64,000 nt of DNA from an uncultured Methanomassiliicoccales archaeon (GTDB lineage: Archaea; Thermoplasmatota; Thermoplasmata; Methanomassiliicoccales; UBA472): the NCBI GenBank assembly GCA_963695345.1, contig OY968769.1, positions 608,001 through 672,000 on the forward strand, given 5' to 3'. Of the stretch, positions 11,239 to 21,744 are shown in pieces; positions within the stretch are counted from its first letter, which is position 1; every line of letters begins with the position of its first letter. Position numbers and translations under genes: made by a program. The notes beneath the pieces are model-generated. The model was not told the DNA's origin, made no database searches, and was given only the letters and a program-made list of their open reading frames with translations.

Positions 11239-12522
11239 TTACATCTCCTTCTTTTCGACTTCGATGCACATACCGGCGGCGACGGTTGCGCCCATGTCAC
11301 GGATGGCAAACCTACCGAGCTGTGGGAAGTCCTTTGCCCTCTCCACAACCATTGGCTTGGTCGGCTCTACCTTGACGATGGCGACATCGCCGGTCTTCAG
11401 GAAGGTGGGGTTCTCCTCCTTCACTGCGCCGGTCTTCGGGTCGAGCTTCTTCTGGAGCTCGATGAAGGAACATGCAACCTGGGCAGTGTGGCAGTGGAAC
11501 ACCGGGGTGTATCCGACTGGTATTGCCGTAGGGTGGTTCAGGACGACGATCTGGGCGATGAAGGTCTTGGCGACGGTCGGCGGGTTGTCGACTGGGCCTG
11601 CTACATCTCCCCTCTTGATGTCGTTCTTGGCTATGCCCCTGACGTTGAATCCGACGTTGTCGCCGGGGAGCGCCTGGGTCAGCTGTTCGTGGTGCATCTC
11701 GATGCTCTTGACTTCGCCTACCTTGTTGGACGGCATGAAGATGATCTTCATGTCCGGCCTCAGGGTACCGGTCTCGACACGCCCGACCGGGACGGTTCCG
11801 ATACCGGTGATGGTGTAGACGTCCTGGATCGGCAGCCTGAGGGCGAGGTTCGCCTGGGTGGCCGGGACCTTCAGCTTGTTGAGGGTCTCGATCAGGGTGT
11901 CTCCCTTGTACCACGGCATCTCTGCGGTGCCCTTCTTCAGGATGTTGCAGCCAGTGTAGGCGCTGATCGGGATGAACGGTACTTCCTCGATCTTGTAGCC
12001 GATGTTCTTCAGGAGGGCCGAGACGGCTTCCTTGGCGGTGTTGAAGGTCTTCTCGTCGTAGGCCGGCTTGGTGGCGTCCATCTTGTTGATGGCGATCATG
12101 ATCTGCTTGACACCGAGCACCTTGGCCAAGAAGATGTGCTCCTTGGTCTGGGCCTGCGGTCCGTCGGAAGCGGATACGACGACGCATGCGGCGTCTGCCT
12201 GGGAGGTACCGGTGATCATGTTCTTGACGAAGTCCCGGTGACCGGGGGCGTCAATGACGGTGAAGTAGTACTTGTCGGTCATGAACTTCTTGTGAGAGAC
12301 GTCGATGGTGACACCGCGCTCTCTTTCTTCCTTCAGGTTGTCCATGACCCATGCGAACTCGAAGGTTGCCTTTCCCTTCTCTTCCGCGAGCTTCTTGTAC
12401 TTTTCGATGACGAACTTGTCTATCGCGCCGGTCTCGAGCAACACCCGACCGACTGTGGTGGACTTTCCGTGATCGACATGACCTATGAACACAATGTTCA
12501 TGTGGGGCTTTTCTGATGCCAT
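11239..12522 (-). CDS. tuf: Translation elongation factor EF-1 alpha
   Basis: [21 protein letters not shown] GTPase motifs. Confidence 0.99.
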   Translation of the reverse strand: MASEKPHMNIVFIGHVDHGKSTTVGRVLLETGAIDKFVIEKYKKLAEEKGKATFEFAWVMDNLKEERERGVTIDVSHKKFMTDKYYFTVIDAPGHRDFVKNMITGTSQADAACVVVSASDGPQAQTKEHIFLAKVLGVKQIMIAINKMDATKPAYDEKTFNTAKEAVSALLKNIGYKIEEVPFIPISAYTGCNILKKGTAEMPWYKGDTLIETLNKLKVPATQANLALRLPIQDVYTITGIGTVPVGRVETGTLRPDMKIIFMPSNKVGEVKSIEMHHEQLTQALPGDNVGFNVRGIAKNDIKRGDVAGPVDNPPTVAKTFIAQIVVLNHPTAIPVGYTPVFHCHTAQVACSFIELQKKLDPKTGAVKEENPTFLKTGDVAIVKVEPTKPMVVERAKDFPQLGRFAIRDMGATVAAGMCIEVEKKEM

Positions 12523-12610
12523 TTTTTCATCCTCCTTTTTATTTTCTATATCCTGGTAATATGCTTGATTTTTCTCGATACCGTTCTTGATATATAACGG
12601 TTTTTCATCC

Positions 12611-14806
12611 TCAGCCAGAGTAGTACGCGGCGTCGTAAGGCTCTGGGTTGAGGCCCTTCCTCTTGCGTATTTCGCCTACTACCTTTGACAGCAGTTCCTT
12701 CGGGACGATCACGAAGCCGGCGTTCTCCGTGGACCACAGAGCGCGGCCCTGGGTCGCGCCACGGATGGCGCTGGCGAATCCGAACATCTCGGCGACCGGC
12801 GCCCTGGCGACGATGACCGCGTTGATGCCTTCCTGGTTGATCTCCTCGATGGTGGACCGTCTGGACTGGAGCTCACGTATTGCGTCTCCCATCAGGTCCT
12901 GCGGGACGTTGATGTAGATCTTGGTTATCGGCTCTAGCAGTACTCTTTCTCCCATGCACATGGCGCCATAGATGGCCGACCTTGTGGCTGGGATGACCTG
13001 GCCCGGTCCCCTGTGGATCGAGTCCTCGTGCAGCTTGGCATCGACCAGCAGCATCTTGACGCCGGCGCACTTCTCTTGGGCGAGAGGGCCGACGTTCATT
13101 GCCTCGTCGAAAGCCTGCTTGCACAGTTCCATCGTCTCGTGCAGGTTCTGGATACCTTTGGTCATGTCGATCAGGACGTTGTTGTCCTTGAACGCCACGA
13201 CGCCCTTGGCCTGTTCCTTGTCCATCCCCAGGTCGCTGAGCTGCTTGGCCAGCGCCTTCGGGTCCTTGATCTTCCCGTCGACCTTGATGTCGCCGGCCTT
13301 GATCGCGGCCACGATGGAGTCCTCCAGCGGGAGTACTTCCATGAAGAACCGGTTGTGCTTGTTCGGCGACTTGCCTTCGAACGGGCCGCCGTGCTGTTTA
13401 ACGCACTCGCGGTAAACGACGATCGGCGCGGATGCCTTGATCTCCACCTTGTGATCGTTGACGATCCTGTATTGCGTGATATCCAGGTGCAGCTCTCCCA
13501 TGCCGGACAGTAGGTTCTCCCCGGTCTCCTGGTTGATCTGGACTTGGATGGACGGGTCCGCCTTGGCGACGGTCCTCAGCACCTCGACCAGCTTCGGCAG
13601 GTCCTTCATGTGCTTGGCCTCGATGGCCACGGTGACCACCGGCTCGGAATAGTGGGTGATCTTTTCGAAGGCTTCCATGTCCTTGGCGGTCGAAACGGTC
13701 GATCCCGCGAAGGCGTCCTTCAATCCGGCCAGTGCCACGATGTTTCCGGCGTCGACCTCGTCGACCGGGATACGGTCCGCGCCAACGCTCAGTGAGACGG
13801 TCTGGCAGCGGTTCATGCCCATGCCGACGATGTTGAGTTCCATGCCACGGGTGACCTTACCGGAGAACAGACGGCCGATGGCCACCTCTCCAGCATGGGG
13901 GTCCATGATGATCTTGGTGCACATGAAAGTGACCGGACCGTTGGAATCGCAGTTCATCATTGCCTTGCCGACCTCGGTCTCCAGGTCTCCCTTCCAGATG
14001 ACCGGGATACGGACCTTCTGGGCGTCCTGCGGGTTCGGGACGTGGGTGATGACCATGTCGAGCAGGACCTCGTGGACCGGGGACCTCTTGGCGAGGGTCT
14101 TCTGGTCTCCGTTCTTGCAGTACTCGTAGACGTCCTTGAACGAGATGTTGGACTTCTTCATGTACGGCGCGGAGATGGCCCAGTTGTTGTAGGCGGAACC
14201 GAACGCCACGGAGCCGTCCTCGACCTTGACCTGCCATGACTTGCGCAGGTCCTCGGGCAGCTGGGTCAATATCCTCTTGTTGACCTCGGCGATGATCTTG
14301 ACAAAGCGTTCCTGCATCTGCTGCTGGGTGACCTTGAGCTCGTTTACCAGGCGGTCGACCTTGTTGATGAACAGGACCGGCCTGACGCGCTCCTTCAGCG
14401 CCTGCCTGATGACGGTCTCGGTCTGGGGCATGATGCCCTCAACCGCGCAGACCAGGATGATGCAGCCATCCAGCGCCCTCATGGCCCTGGTGACGTCCCC
14501 ACCGAAGTCGACGTGACCCGGGGTATCGATCAGGTTGATCAGGTATTCGTGACCGCCGTAGCTGTGGACCATCGATGCGTTGGCGGCGTTGATGGTGATG
14601 CCGCGGGCCTGCTCCTGCTCGTCGAAATCGAGCATGAGCTGCTTGCCTGCCAGGTTCTCCGACATCATGCCGGCGCCGGCGATCAGGTTGTCACTGAGCG
14701 TTGTCTTGCCGTGGTCGATATGGGCCGCCGTTCCGATGTTACGGATGTACTTCGGCGTCCGCATGATGGCCTGGGCCTTTGCGATGTTATCCTCTTTACG
14801 TCCCAT
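12611..14806 (-). CDS. fusA: Translation elongation factor EF-2
   Basis: [17 protein letters not shown], diphthamide loop HEDSIHRG. Confidence 0.99.
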   Translation of the reverse strand: MGRKEDNIAKAQAIMRTPKYIRNIGTAAHIDHGKTTLSDNLIAGAGMMSENLAGKQLMLDFDEQEQARGITINAANASMVHSYGGHEYLINLIDTPGHVDFGGDVTRAMRALDGCIILVCAVEGIMPQTETVIRQALKERVRPVLFINKVDRLVNELKVTQQQMQERFVKIIAEVNKRILTQLPEDLRKSWQVKVEDGSVAFGSAYNNWAISAPYMKKSNISFKDVYEYCKNGDQKTLAKRSPVHEVLLDMVITHVPNPQDAQKVRIPVIWKGDLETEVGKAMMNCDSNGPVTFMCTKIIMDPHAGEVAIGRLFSGKVTRGMELNIVGMGMNRCQTVSLSVGADRIPVDEVDAGNIVALAGLKDAFAGSTVSTAKDMEAFEKITHYSEPVVTVAIEAKHMKDLPKLVEVLRTVAKADPSIQVQINQETGENLLSGMGELHLDITQYRIVNDHKVEIKASAPIVVYRECVKQHGGPFEGKSPNKHNRFFMEVLPLEDSIVAAIKAGDIKVDGKIKDPKALAKQLSDLGMDKEQAKGVVAFKDNNVLIDMTKGIQNLHETMELCKQAFDEAMNVGPLAQEKCAGVKMLLVDAKLHEDSIHRGPGQVIPATRSAIYGAMCMGERVLLEPITKIYINVPQDLMGDAIRELQSRRSTIEEINQEGINAVIVARAPVAEMFGFASAIRGATQGRALWSTENAGFVIVPKELLSKVVGEIRKRKGLNPEPYDAAYYSG

Positions 14807-14823
14807 AGATCCCACCTTTTAGT

Positions 14824-15414
14824 TCAGCGTGCCGACTGCGCGACCCTTTCAACTTCTTCCTTCTTGGCGACGGAGAAGCTGTTCATGTCGTTCTTGGAGG
14901 CGAGTATGAGCTCGTCGGCCAAGCACAGTTCGATGGGCTTTGTTGTCTTGAACGATGCCTGGATCGCTCCCTTGGAGATGTTCCTCAGGGCGATGTCCAG
15001 GCGCCTTGAAGGTGCGATATCGACGGCCTTCGGTACGGATATTCCTCCGAACTGGAGCCGGGTGATCTCTTCCCGCGGCGCGGCGTTCTCCAGTGCCTCG
15101 ACCAGGACTTGGACCGGGTTCTTCTTGGTCCTCTCGGCGATGACATCGAAGGCGTCCTTGGTCACACGGTAGGCCTTCATCTTCTTGCCGGTGTAGACCT
15201 CGGTCCTCATCATGTTGTTGAGCAGGCGCTCCACGATGTTGACCTTGGACTTTCCGAACCAGCGGTTGGCGTGCCTCGCGTCGCTGTGCGGCAATGAGAT
15301 CGGGCTGAGGTTGATGTACTTGGCCAGTCCGCCGTCCTTGACGACGACGTCGGCCATTGCGAACTTTCCGAACAACAGGATGTTGTTGAATTGAAGGGTA
15401 GTCTCTTCTGCCAA
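14824..15414 (-). CDS. rps7: 30S ribosomal protein uS7
   Basis: NPVQVLVEALENAAPREE, AVDIAPSRR; probable TTG start after SD GAGGTG. Confidence 0.97.
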   Translation of the reverse strand: MAEETTLQFNNILLFGKFAMADVVVKDGGLAKYINLSPISLPHSDARHANRWFGKSKVNIVERLLNNMMRTEVYTGKKMKAYRVTKDAFDVIAERTKKNPVQVLVEALENAAPREEITRLQFGGISVPKAVDIAPSRRLDIALRNISKGAIQASFKTTKPIELCLADELILASKNDMNSFSVAKKEEVERVAQSAR

Positions 15415-15419
15415 AGAAT

Positions 15420-15848
15420 TCACCTCACTGGCTTTTCTTTTCTGCCCCTGACGAGTTCGTTGAGGGACACATTGTTCACCTGGATGACCTTGAACCTGAC
15501 ACCAGGAATGTCACCGTATGAACGACCCATTCTGCCGCCGATGCCCTCTACTAGGACCTCGTCGTGCTCGTCAATGAAATTGATGGCGCCGTCGCCGACC
15601 GCGAAAGCGGTGATCTGCCTGCCGTTCTTGATCAGTTGTACCTTGACGCACTTTCTGATAGCGGAGTTAGGCTGCTTGGCCTCGATACCGACCTTCTCAA
15701 GTACGATGCCCCTGGCCTGGGATGCCCCTTCCAACGGGTCAGACTTCTCTTTGAGCTTGAGCATTCTTCTCTTGTAAGAGCTGTCACTCCATCGGAACTT
15801 CTGCCTGTCTGATGCGAGCTTCCTGGCAGTGTATAATCCTCGTGCCAA
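15420..15848 (-). CDS. rps12: 30S ribosomal protein uS12
   Basis: [18 protein letters not shown]; probable TTG start (ARGLY N-terminus). Confidence 0.97.
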   Translation of the reverse strand: MARGLYTARKLASDRQKFRWSDSSYKRRMLKLKEKSDPLEGASQARGIVLEKVGIEAKQPNSAIRKCVKVQLIKNGRQITAFAVGDGAINFIDEHDEVLVEGIGGRMGRSYGDIPGVRFKVIQVNNVSLNELVRGRKEKPVR

Positions 15849-16141
15849 TATATTCACCTTCATTATCTGAAGCAGACTCCCAATACCGCATGTCGTATTT
15901 AAGAGTATAGGGCTAACGATTGTGCCCTCTGGCTCTCAAATTTTCGACCGATGGATGGCTAACTGTCTGCGATTTGCGTTGGTCGATGGAAAGAACATCT
16001 CATTTATATCCCTTCCTATCGTTTGCAAAAAACTCGTAAGTCAGTTTTCGGTTCTATTCAGGAAGGCTCGGATCGATGTCCCAGACTAAAACGGCATAGG
16101 TTTATGAATCCGGGCAGTATTATGATTTCCAGGGATGGGAT

Positions 16142-16824
16142 ATGGTAGAGAAAGCGTGCGAGGGCGCTGACCAGCTTCAGCGAGCACAGTCGATCATTGA
16201 GTACGGTCTTGCAGTGGTCATCCCCTCGTTCTTCGCCTGCATGATGTTCTCATATGTCATTGCACAGGAACTCTTCAACGTGTTCTTCGTCATCTCCATC
16301 GATAGTCGGCGGCGCTGCTGATGATCCCGGCCAAGATGGTAAGCGATCTGCACTTCGAATGCTGGTCGAAGCATGTCATGCCCAAGAAGTTGGTCAATGG
16401 TATGCTCGGCATGATCTACATATCCGAGGTGTCGGTTTTCGCCGCTTCGCTATTATCTATGTACAAGGGGCTCAACCCGGAACAGCCGCTCACCTTCGCC
16501 ATCATCGGCGGCCTCATGATGGTGCTGATCATCGTGCTGGCGTTCAACGACCGGTACGGCAAGGTGCTTGCCGAGATGGACAAGCGTTGCCTTCGGATGA
16601 CCTCGGACAAGGCCCGCGACAAGGTAGTAAGCGCACTTGGGACGTCGGGAACGTCCTTCGAGGTCACACCAGTCAAGAACGGGTTCGTGGTCTCCATGAA
16701 GGCCGATGCCCTGAACATCCACATCAAGCCGTTGGGGACAGGGTCCTCCGAGATAATCCTGGAAAGGCAGGCCGGGGCCTCCGACGCCGTGGTCGAGGCG
16801 GTCAAGGCCGCCATCATCGCCTGA
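16142..16824 (+). CDS. Hypothetical membrane protein (frameshifted near 16300-16315)
   Basis: Hydrophobic frame from ATG 16142 continues into ORF 16321-16824. Confidence 0.55.
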
Positions 16825-17399
16825 TCACGGGTTACCCTTAGATTCTCCTTTCACCAGGGCGGCGGCAATCAGGTGGGCCAGGCGAATCGGCTCCGGTATG
16901 GCGCCCAGGACGGTGCTCCCCCGTATCAGTTCCCGCATGTCCCCGATCGATGCGCCGGCGACCGAAGCGAACACCGGTCCGTGCTCGGTCTCCACCTCGG
17001 TGAGCGGGTGCCTCTCAACGACGTCTAGCCGGTCCTGCCAATCCGGAAAATGCTTCTGCAGTGCGGCGCTCATCGAATCGATGTCGGGACGATCCCGGGT
17101 AACCGTGCAGAAAGGGATCCCGGTCTCCTCGTAAAGGCGATCGATGTCCACTATGTTGAAGCCGCCCAGGGAAGTGCCGTCGATCATGACCATCTTGATC
17201 TGCTCACGGTACCGGGACCTGGCGATCAGTCCGATGATCGACCTGATCGGCGTCATCGCCCGTCGACGGTAACTTCCGAGACCATGACCCCCTCCACATA
17301 CCCCGGGAGACGCATGACGACGCCGACGATCGGGACCTTGCCGTCCCTGAAAGAGAAAGGTGCGTCGTCGATCCCCAGGACGCGCACCTGCTGCTTCAT
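16825..17399 (-). CDS. DUF99 family protein (endonuclease dU-like), frameshifted near 17240-17260
   Basis: MKQQVRVLGIDDAPF..., DGTSLGGFNIVDI, IPEPIRLAHLIA. Confidence 0.88.
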
Positions 17400-17762
17400 C
17401 TACATCAGCCCCAGATGACCAGTGACCTTGTCGATGAGATTGTCCGGTGCCGGTCCGATGCCGAGGCAGGTGGTGGTGTTCGGCGGCAGCTCGGTCATGC
17501 CGGCGTCGACGATCAGCGAAGAGACCAGCCCGATGGCCTCGGCCGCCGCCTTCACCTGGTGGAGCTCGAGAAGGCTGTTCACCTTGACGACGACCTTCTT
17601 CTGGCCTTCGTTGTACCAGGCGTCGAAATACATGGGGCTGCGCTTCTTCGCGATGAGGGCGCAGTTCACCGCCGCATGGGCCACCTGGGCCGCCATCTTG
17701 CCCGGCGACAGCTTAAGGTCCTTGCGGACGACAATGACCATTTTGAAATTGAAAGATGCCAT
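17400..17762 (-). CDS. pth2: Peptidyl-tRNA hydrolase Pth2
   Basis: KMVIVVRKDL, GKMAAQVAHAA, DAGMTE, T.LGIGP; TAG stop. Confidence 0.96.
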   Translation of the reverse strand: MASFNFKMVIVVRKDLKLSPGKMAAQVAHAAVNCALIAKKRSPMYFDAWYNEGQKKVVVKVNSLLELHQVKAAAEAIGLVSSLIVDAGMTELPPNTTTCLGIGPAPDNLIDKVTGHLGLM

Positions 17763-17810
17763 CTGGATTCGGTCTATGATTTACCCTGAGCGTAAAAAGC
17801 TTTCCGCGGC

Positions 17811-18042
17811 TCAGAGGTCACCGAAGGTCATCGGGAACGATTTGCGCAGCTCCCTTTCCTGGAGGCGCCTCATCTTCTCGACCAGGTCCTTGAGCTCCTG
17901 GTCGCTGTAGTGGAAACATATTTCCGCCGTGCAGATCGGGCAGCGGTAGTGACTCCCCCTCCCTGCAGGCATTCACCGGCACCGTGATCTTGATACCGCA
18001 TTTCGGGCAATCCAACAGAAGGCTCTCCTCAATCTCGGGCAT
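17811..18042 (-). CDS. Small zinc-ribbon protein (frameshift in G run near 17955)
   Basis: Joined frames give CPKCG...YRCPICT followed by a charged helix. Confidence 0.55.
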
Positions 18043-18154
18043 CGACCGGTCGAGTGCGTTTTCCGGTATTTCAGGGTTGCCTCGGAATGTTCCGGAATCG
18101 GTCAATTACAGAATGGTAGTGAATATTAATATCCCGCTCACATTGGGATGAATA

Positions 18155-20111
18155 ATGTTCGAGATAACGAAAAGGGACGGACTGGCCAGGATCGGCAAGC
18201 TCGAGACTGCGCACGGCGTCCTGGAGACCCCGGCGTTGTTGCCGGTCATCAATCCCCGGCTGATCACCGTCTCTCCGCGGGAGCTATACGATGTCTTTGG
18301 TTTCCAGGGGGTCATCACCAATTCATACATCATAAGGAACGATCCGGTGCTTCGGGAGAAGGCGCTCCAGGGGAAGCTCCATGACCTCCTTGACTTTCCC
18401 GGGACCATCATGACCGACAGCGGGACGTTCCAGTCCCACATGTACGGCGAGGTCGACCTGAAGAACAGCGACATCGTCAATTTCCAGAAGGACATAGGGT
18501 CGGACATCGGGACGGTCCTGGACATCTTCACCGAACCAGAGTGGACCAAGGAGCAGACCGGGGCGGCGGTGGACGTGACCTTGGAGAGGACCAGGGAAGC
18601 CGCCGGCCTGAAGGGCGGCATGATGCTGGCGGGAGTGGTACAGGGCTCTGTCTATCCCGACCTGAGGGAGCACTGCGCCCGGGAGATGGCCTCCATCGCG
18701 GTCGACGTTCACCCGGTGGGCGGGGTGGTCCCGCTCATGGAACAATACCGGTTCGCCGACCTGGTGGACGTGATCGTGGCGTCGAAGAAAGGGCTCAATC
18801 CATCCCGGCCGGTGCACCTGTTCGGCGCCGGACACCCGATGGTCTTCTCGCTGGCCGTCCTGCTCGGATGCGACATGTTCGATTCGGCCTCCTACGCCAA
18901 GTTCGCCCGCGACGACCGCCTGATGACCGTGGAGGGAACCATGCATCTGGCGGATATGAAGGTGCAACGACTGCGACTGCCCGGCGTGCGTCGGCAAGAC
19001 CATCGAACAGATCAAGGCCATGAAGCCGGCGGAGAGGCTGCTGACCCTGGCCCGGCACAATCTCTACACGTCGCTCACCGAGATCGAGAGATGCAGGCGC
19101 GCCATACTGGAAGGGGACATATGGGAACTGGCGGAGAGGCGCTGCCGCTCCCACCCGGCCTTGCTGGACGGGCTCCGCCGGCTGCACGAGCACACCGAAT
19201 ACCTGGAGAAGTTCGAGCCGCTTTCCCGGGACCGGGCCATGTTCTACACCGGACCGGAATCGCTGAACCGCCCCGCCATGCTGCGGTATGAGAAGCGCGT
19301 CTTCTCCCGCTACCGGCAGCCGGAGAACGAGATCCTGGTCGGCTTCGCGGACAGCAGCAAGCCCTATGCCAGACAGTATTCTAGCGAGATCGCCACGATA
19401 TCCAAGACCTCCGACGCCCACTTCATGGTGGTCACGCCGTTCGGTCCGGTCCCGATCGAGCTGGACGAGATGTACCCCATCGCCCAGTCCCTGTTCCCGA
19501 GCACCAACGACCGGGAGACCCAGGAACGGATCAGAGGAGCTGATGGAACGGCAGTCGCACCGGCAGACGTACAAGCTCTCGCTCATGTACGACGGCGAAC
19601 CCACCCTGGAGATGCTGTCCGAGATAGCCAAGGGAAGGTCCAGCTTCGATCTGGACCTCTACCGGATCCGGGCCGTCGCTGACTACCAGTTCGGGGAGGG
19701 GGCGGCCGACGCGCTGTTCTCGGGCAAGATCGACCTGGTCAAGTCAAAGAACACCGACAAGATCCGCAATGTCATCGTGGACGGGGAGCACATCCTGTCG
19801 ATGAGGGCGGAGGATGGTTTCTTCACCATGAGACCGGGGGCAGCCAGGAGGCTCATGAAGGCGTTCCCATCGCCCAGGCTCCGGGTCGATGGTGAGGGAC
19901 GACGCCATCCCCTTCGTCAAGGAGGGCAAGAACACGTTCTGCGGTTTCGTGGTGGACGCCGACCCGGAGCTGCGCCCCATGGACGAGGTCATGGTGGTCG
20001 ACAAGAACGACAATCTGCTGGCCATCGGAAGGGCGATGCTCGTCCCGGACGAGATGATGGCGATGACCAAGGGCATCGCGGTGAAGGTGCGCGAAGGGAG
20101 TAAAGGATTAG
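18155..20111 (+). CDS. tgtA: tRNA-guanine(15) transglycosylase with C-terminal PUA domain (several +1 frameshifts)
   Basis: IMTDSGTFQ, GGVVPLME, HLFGAGHP, DMFDSASY, CDCPAC zinc site, ADYQFG, PUA domain; breaks near 18962, 19535, 19888. Confidence 0.93.
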
Positions 20112-20113
20112 GT

Positions 20114-20349
20114 TCAGCACTTCTTACCAGCGGAGGTCATCTCTTCGGCCACCCGGATGCAGGCCGAGCAGGTCTTCCAGCGTGTGCAGCATGGAAGGCA
20201 TCGACTTGGCCTCGCAGACCAGGTGGAAGGTCTTCCCGGTCAACGGCGGCCTTGGCATACGGACCGTTGTCCAGCTCTATCGCCTTCAGTATCGCCTGGG
20301 CCTGCGCCTCGCTCTCAAGGTCCATCTCGATATCGCATTCTACGGACAC
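20114..20349 (-). CDS. pcc1: KEOPS complex subunit Pcc1 (frameshifted)
   Basis: AILKAIELDN...SMLHTLEDLLACIRVAEE after joining frames. Confidence 0.75.
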
Positions 20350-20486
20350 GCAGGGTGATTGTCTATTCGAGGTAATAAGCGGTTCGGAGCTTGCGGACCG
20401 GCCGAACGATTCGATGATTCCGGCCTAGTGTAACGCTTATCTACGTTGGCGTGGACTATTATTCAACAAGAGCTCGAGGTGCACAT

Positions 20487-21004
20487 ATGGATGTTGTGAA
20501 GGCGATCGAGGAAAGGCACAGCGTCAGAGGTTTCACGGCCGACGACGTACCGATGGAGATAATTGACGAAACTCTCCGGTTGGCGAACCTGGCCCCTTCC
20601 GCCGGCAACCTGCAGGCAAGGGACTTCATCATCGTCAGGGACCTCGAGATGAAGAAGAAGCTTTCCAAGGCCTCATTCGGGCAGCGTTTCGTCGAGGAGG
20701 CCCCGGTCGTCATTGTGGTCTGCAGCAACATGAACCGCATCAAGAACTATGGGGAGAGGGGAGAGAAGCTCTACACCATCCAGGACACCGCGGCTGCCGT
20801 GGTGAACATGATGCTGTACCTGGTGACCAAGGGATACGGGACCTGCTGGGTCGGGGCCTTCGATGAGAAGGAGGTGGGGCGTCTGATGCACCTGCCAGAG
20901 TGCGCCCGGGCGGTCGCCATGATGCCGATCGGCAGGCCCAAGGAATCTGGACGGACCTCGCCCCGGCTGGAGCAGGACACCATCGTGCACAGGAGAAGTG
21001 GTGA
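20487..21004 (+). CDS. Nitroreductase family protein
   Basis: RHSVRGF, APSAGNLQ, GYGTCWVGAF; likely true end ..EKW* in a shifted frame. Confidence 0.9.
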
Positions 21005-21041
21005 AGGAGAGTCTTTCATACCGGAAGGCCCATCAGGTCCC

Positions 21042-21483
21042 ATGGTCCAGATGATCGAGGGTTTCGAGCACGTGGCGCTGGAGGTCCAGAACGCGGAGAC
21101 ATCGCATAGGTTCTACGCCGACGTTTTCGGAGCCGTGGAGACGAACCGCTGGGAGTCGATGGCGCCCGGTATCAGCCGCATCATCTTCGTCGACCTGGGC
21201 GGGACGATCATCGAACTGATCGAGCGGGGCGGGGCGAAGGAACAGTTCCGGGACCACGGCGATGCCGGGATCAAGCACCTCTGCCTGCGGGTCAAGAACC
21301 TGGAGGCGGTGATGGCGATGGTGGAACGGCTCGGGGTCAAGGTCGTCAGCGGCCCGATGTCGATCGACCGATCGAACTACGAACCTACTCCTATCCGATG
21401 GCACCATGGACCTGGACAAGGGCATGAAGCGGGCGGTCGTCTCCGACCCGGACGGCATCCACATAGAATTGTTGGAGAAATGA
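21042..21483 (+). CDS. VOC/glyoxalase family protein (frameshift near 21390)
   Basis: EHVALEV, IELIE, KHLCLRV, DPDGIHIELLE. Confidence 0.85.
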
Positions 21484-21487
21484 GTAG

Positions 21488-21560
21488 TAGCCCCGTCCAG
21501 ATTCGAACTGGAGTCGCTGGCTCCAAAGGCCGGCATGATTGACCGCTACACTACGGGGCT
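21488..21560 (-). tRNA. tRNA-Gln(TTG)
   Basis: Acceptor AGCCCCG/CGGGGCT with A1-U72; loop CTTTGGA; T-arm TCCAG-TTCGAAT-CTGGA. Confidence 0.95.
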
Positions 21561-21744
21561 GTTCTGACCGCGATATTCGTTCCGCCTATATCTAGCTTAG
21601 TCGTCCAATCATCGCCTGAGGATGACTGGCGGTCGAGCTCGATTTGTCTTTGTTGCAATTCATGGTAAAAGCCTGGAAAATGAGGATCGCCAGACGCCGA
21701 ATAACATCGGACGTCCGGCCCTGCGTTCTTGTAAGGGAAAAGGT

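Noticed and set aside
11312-12516. Long alternative and antisense ORFs over tuf and other genes
   Set aside because: Expected shadows of high GC3 codon usage with no domain motifs
20451-21542. Apparent nitroreductase-glyoxalase fusion (363 aa)
   Set aside because: A typical nitroreductase end (EKW*) lies in a shifted frame at about 21004; the fusion is probably an indel artefact
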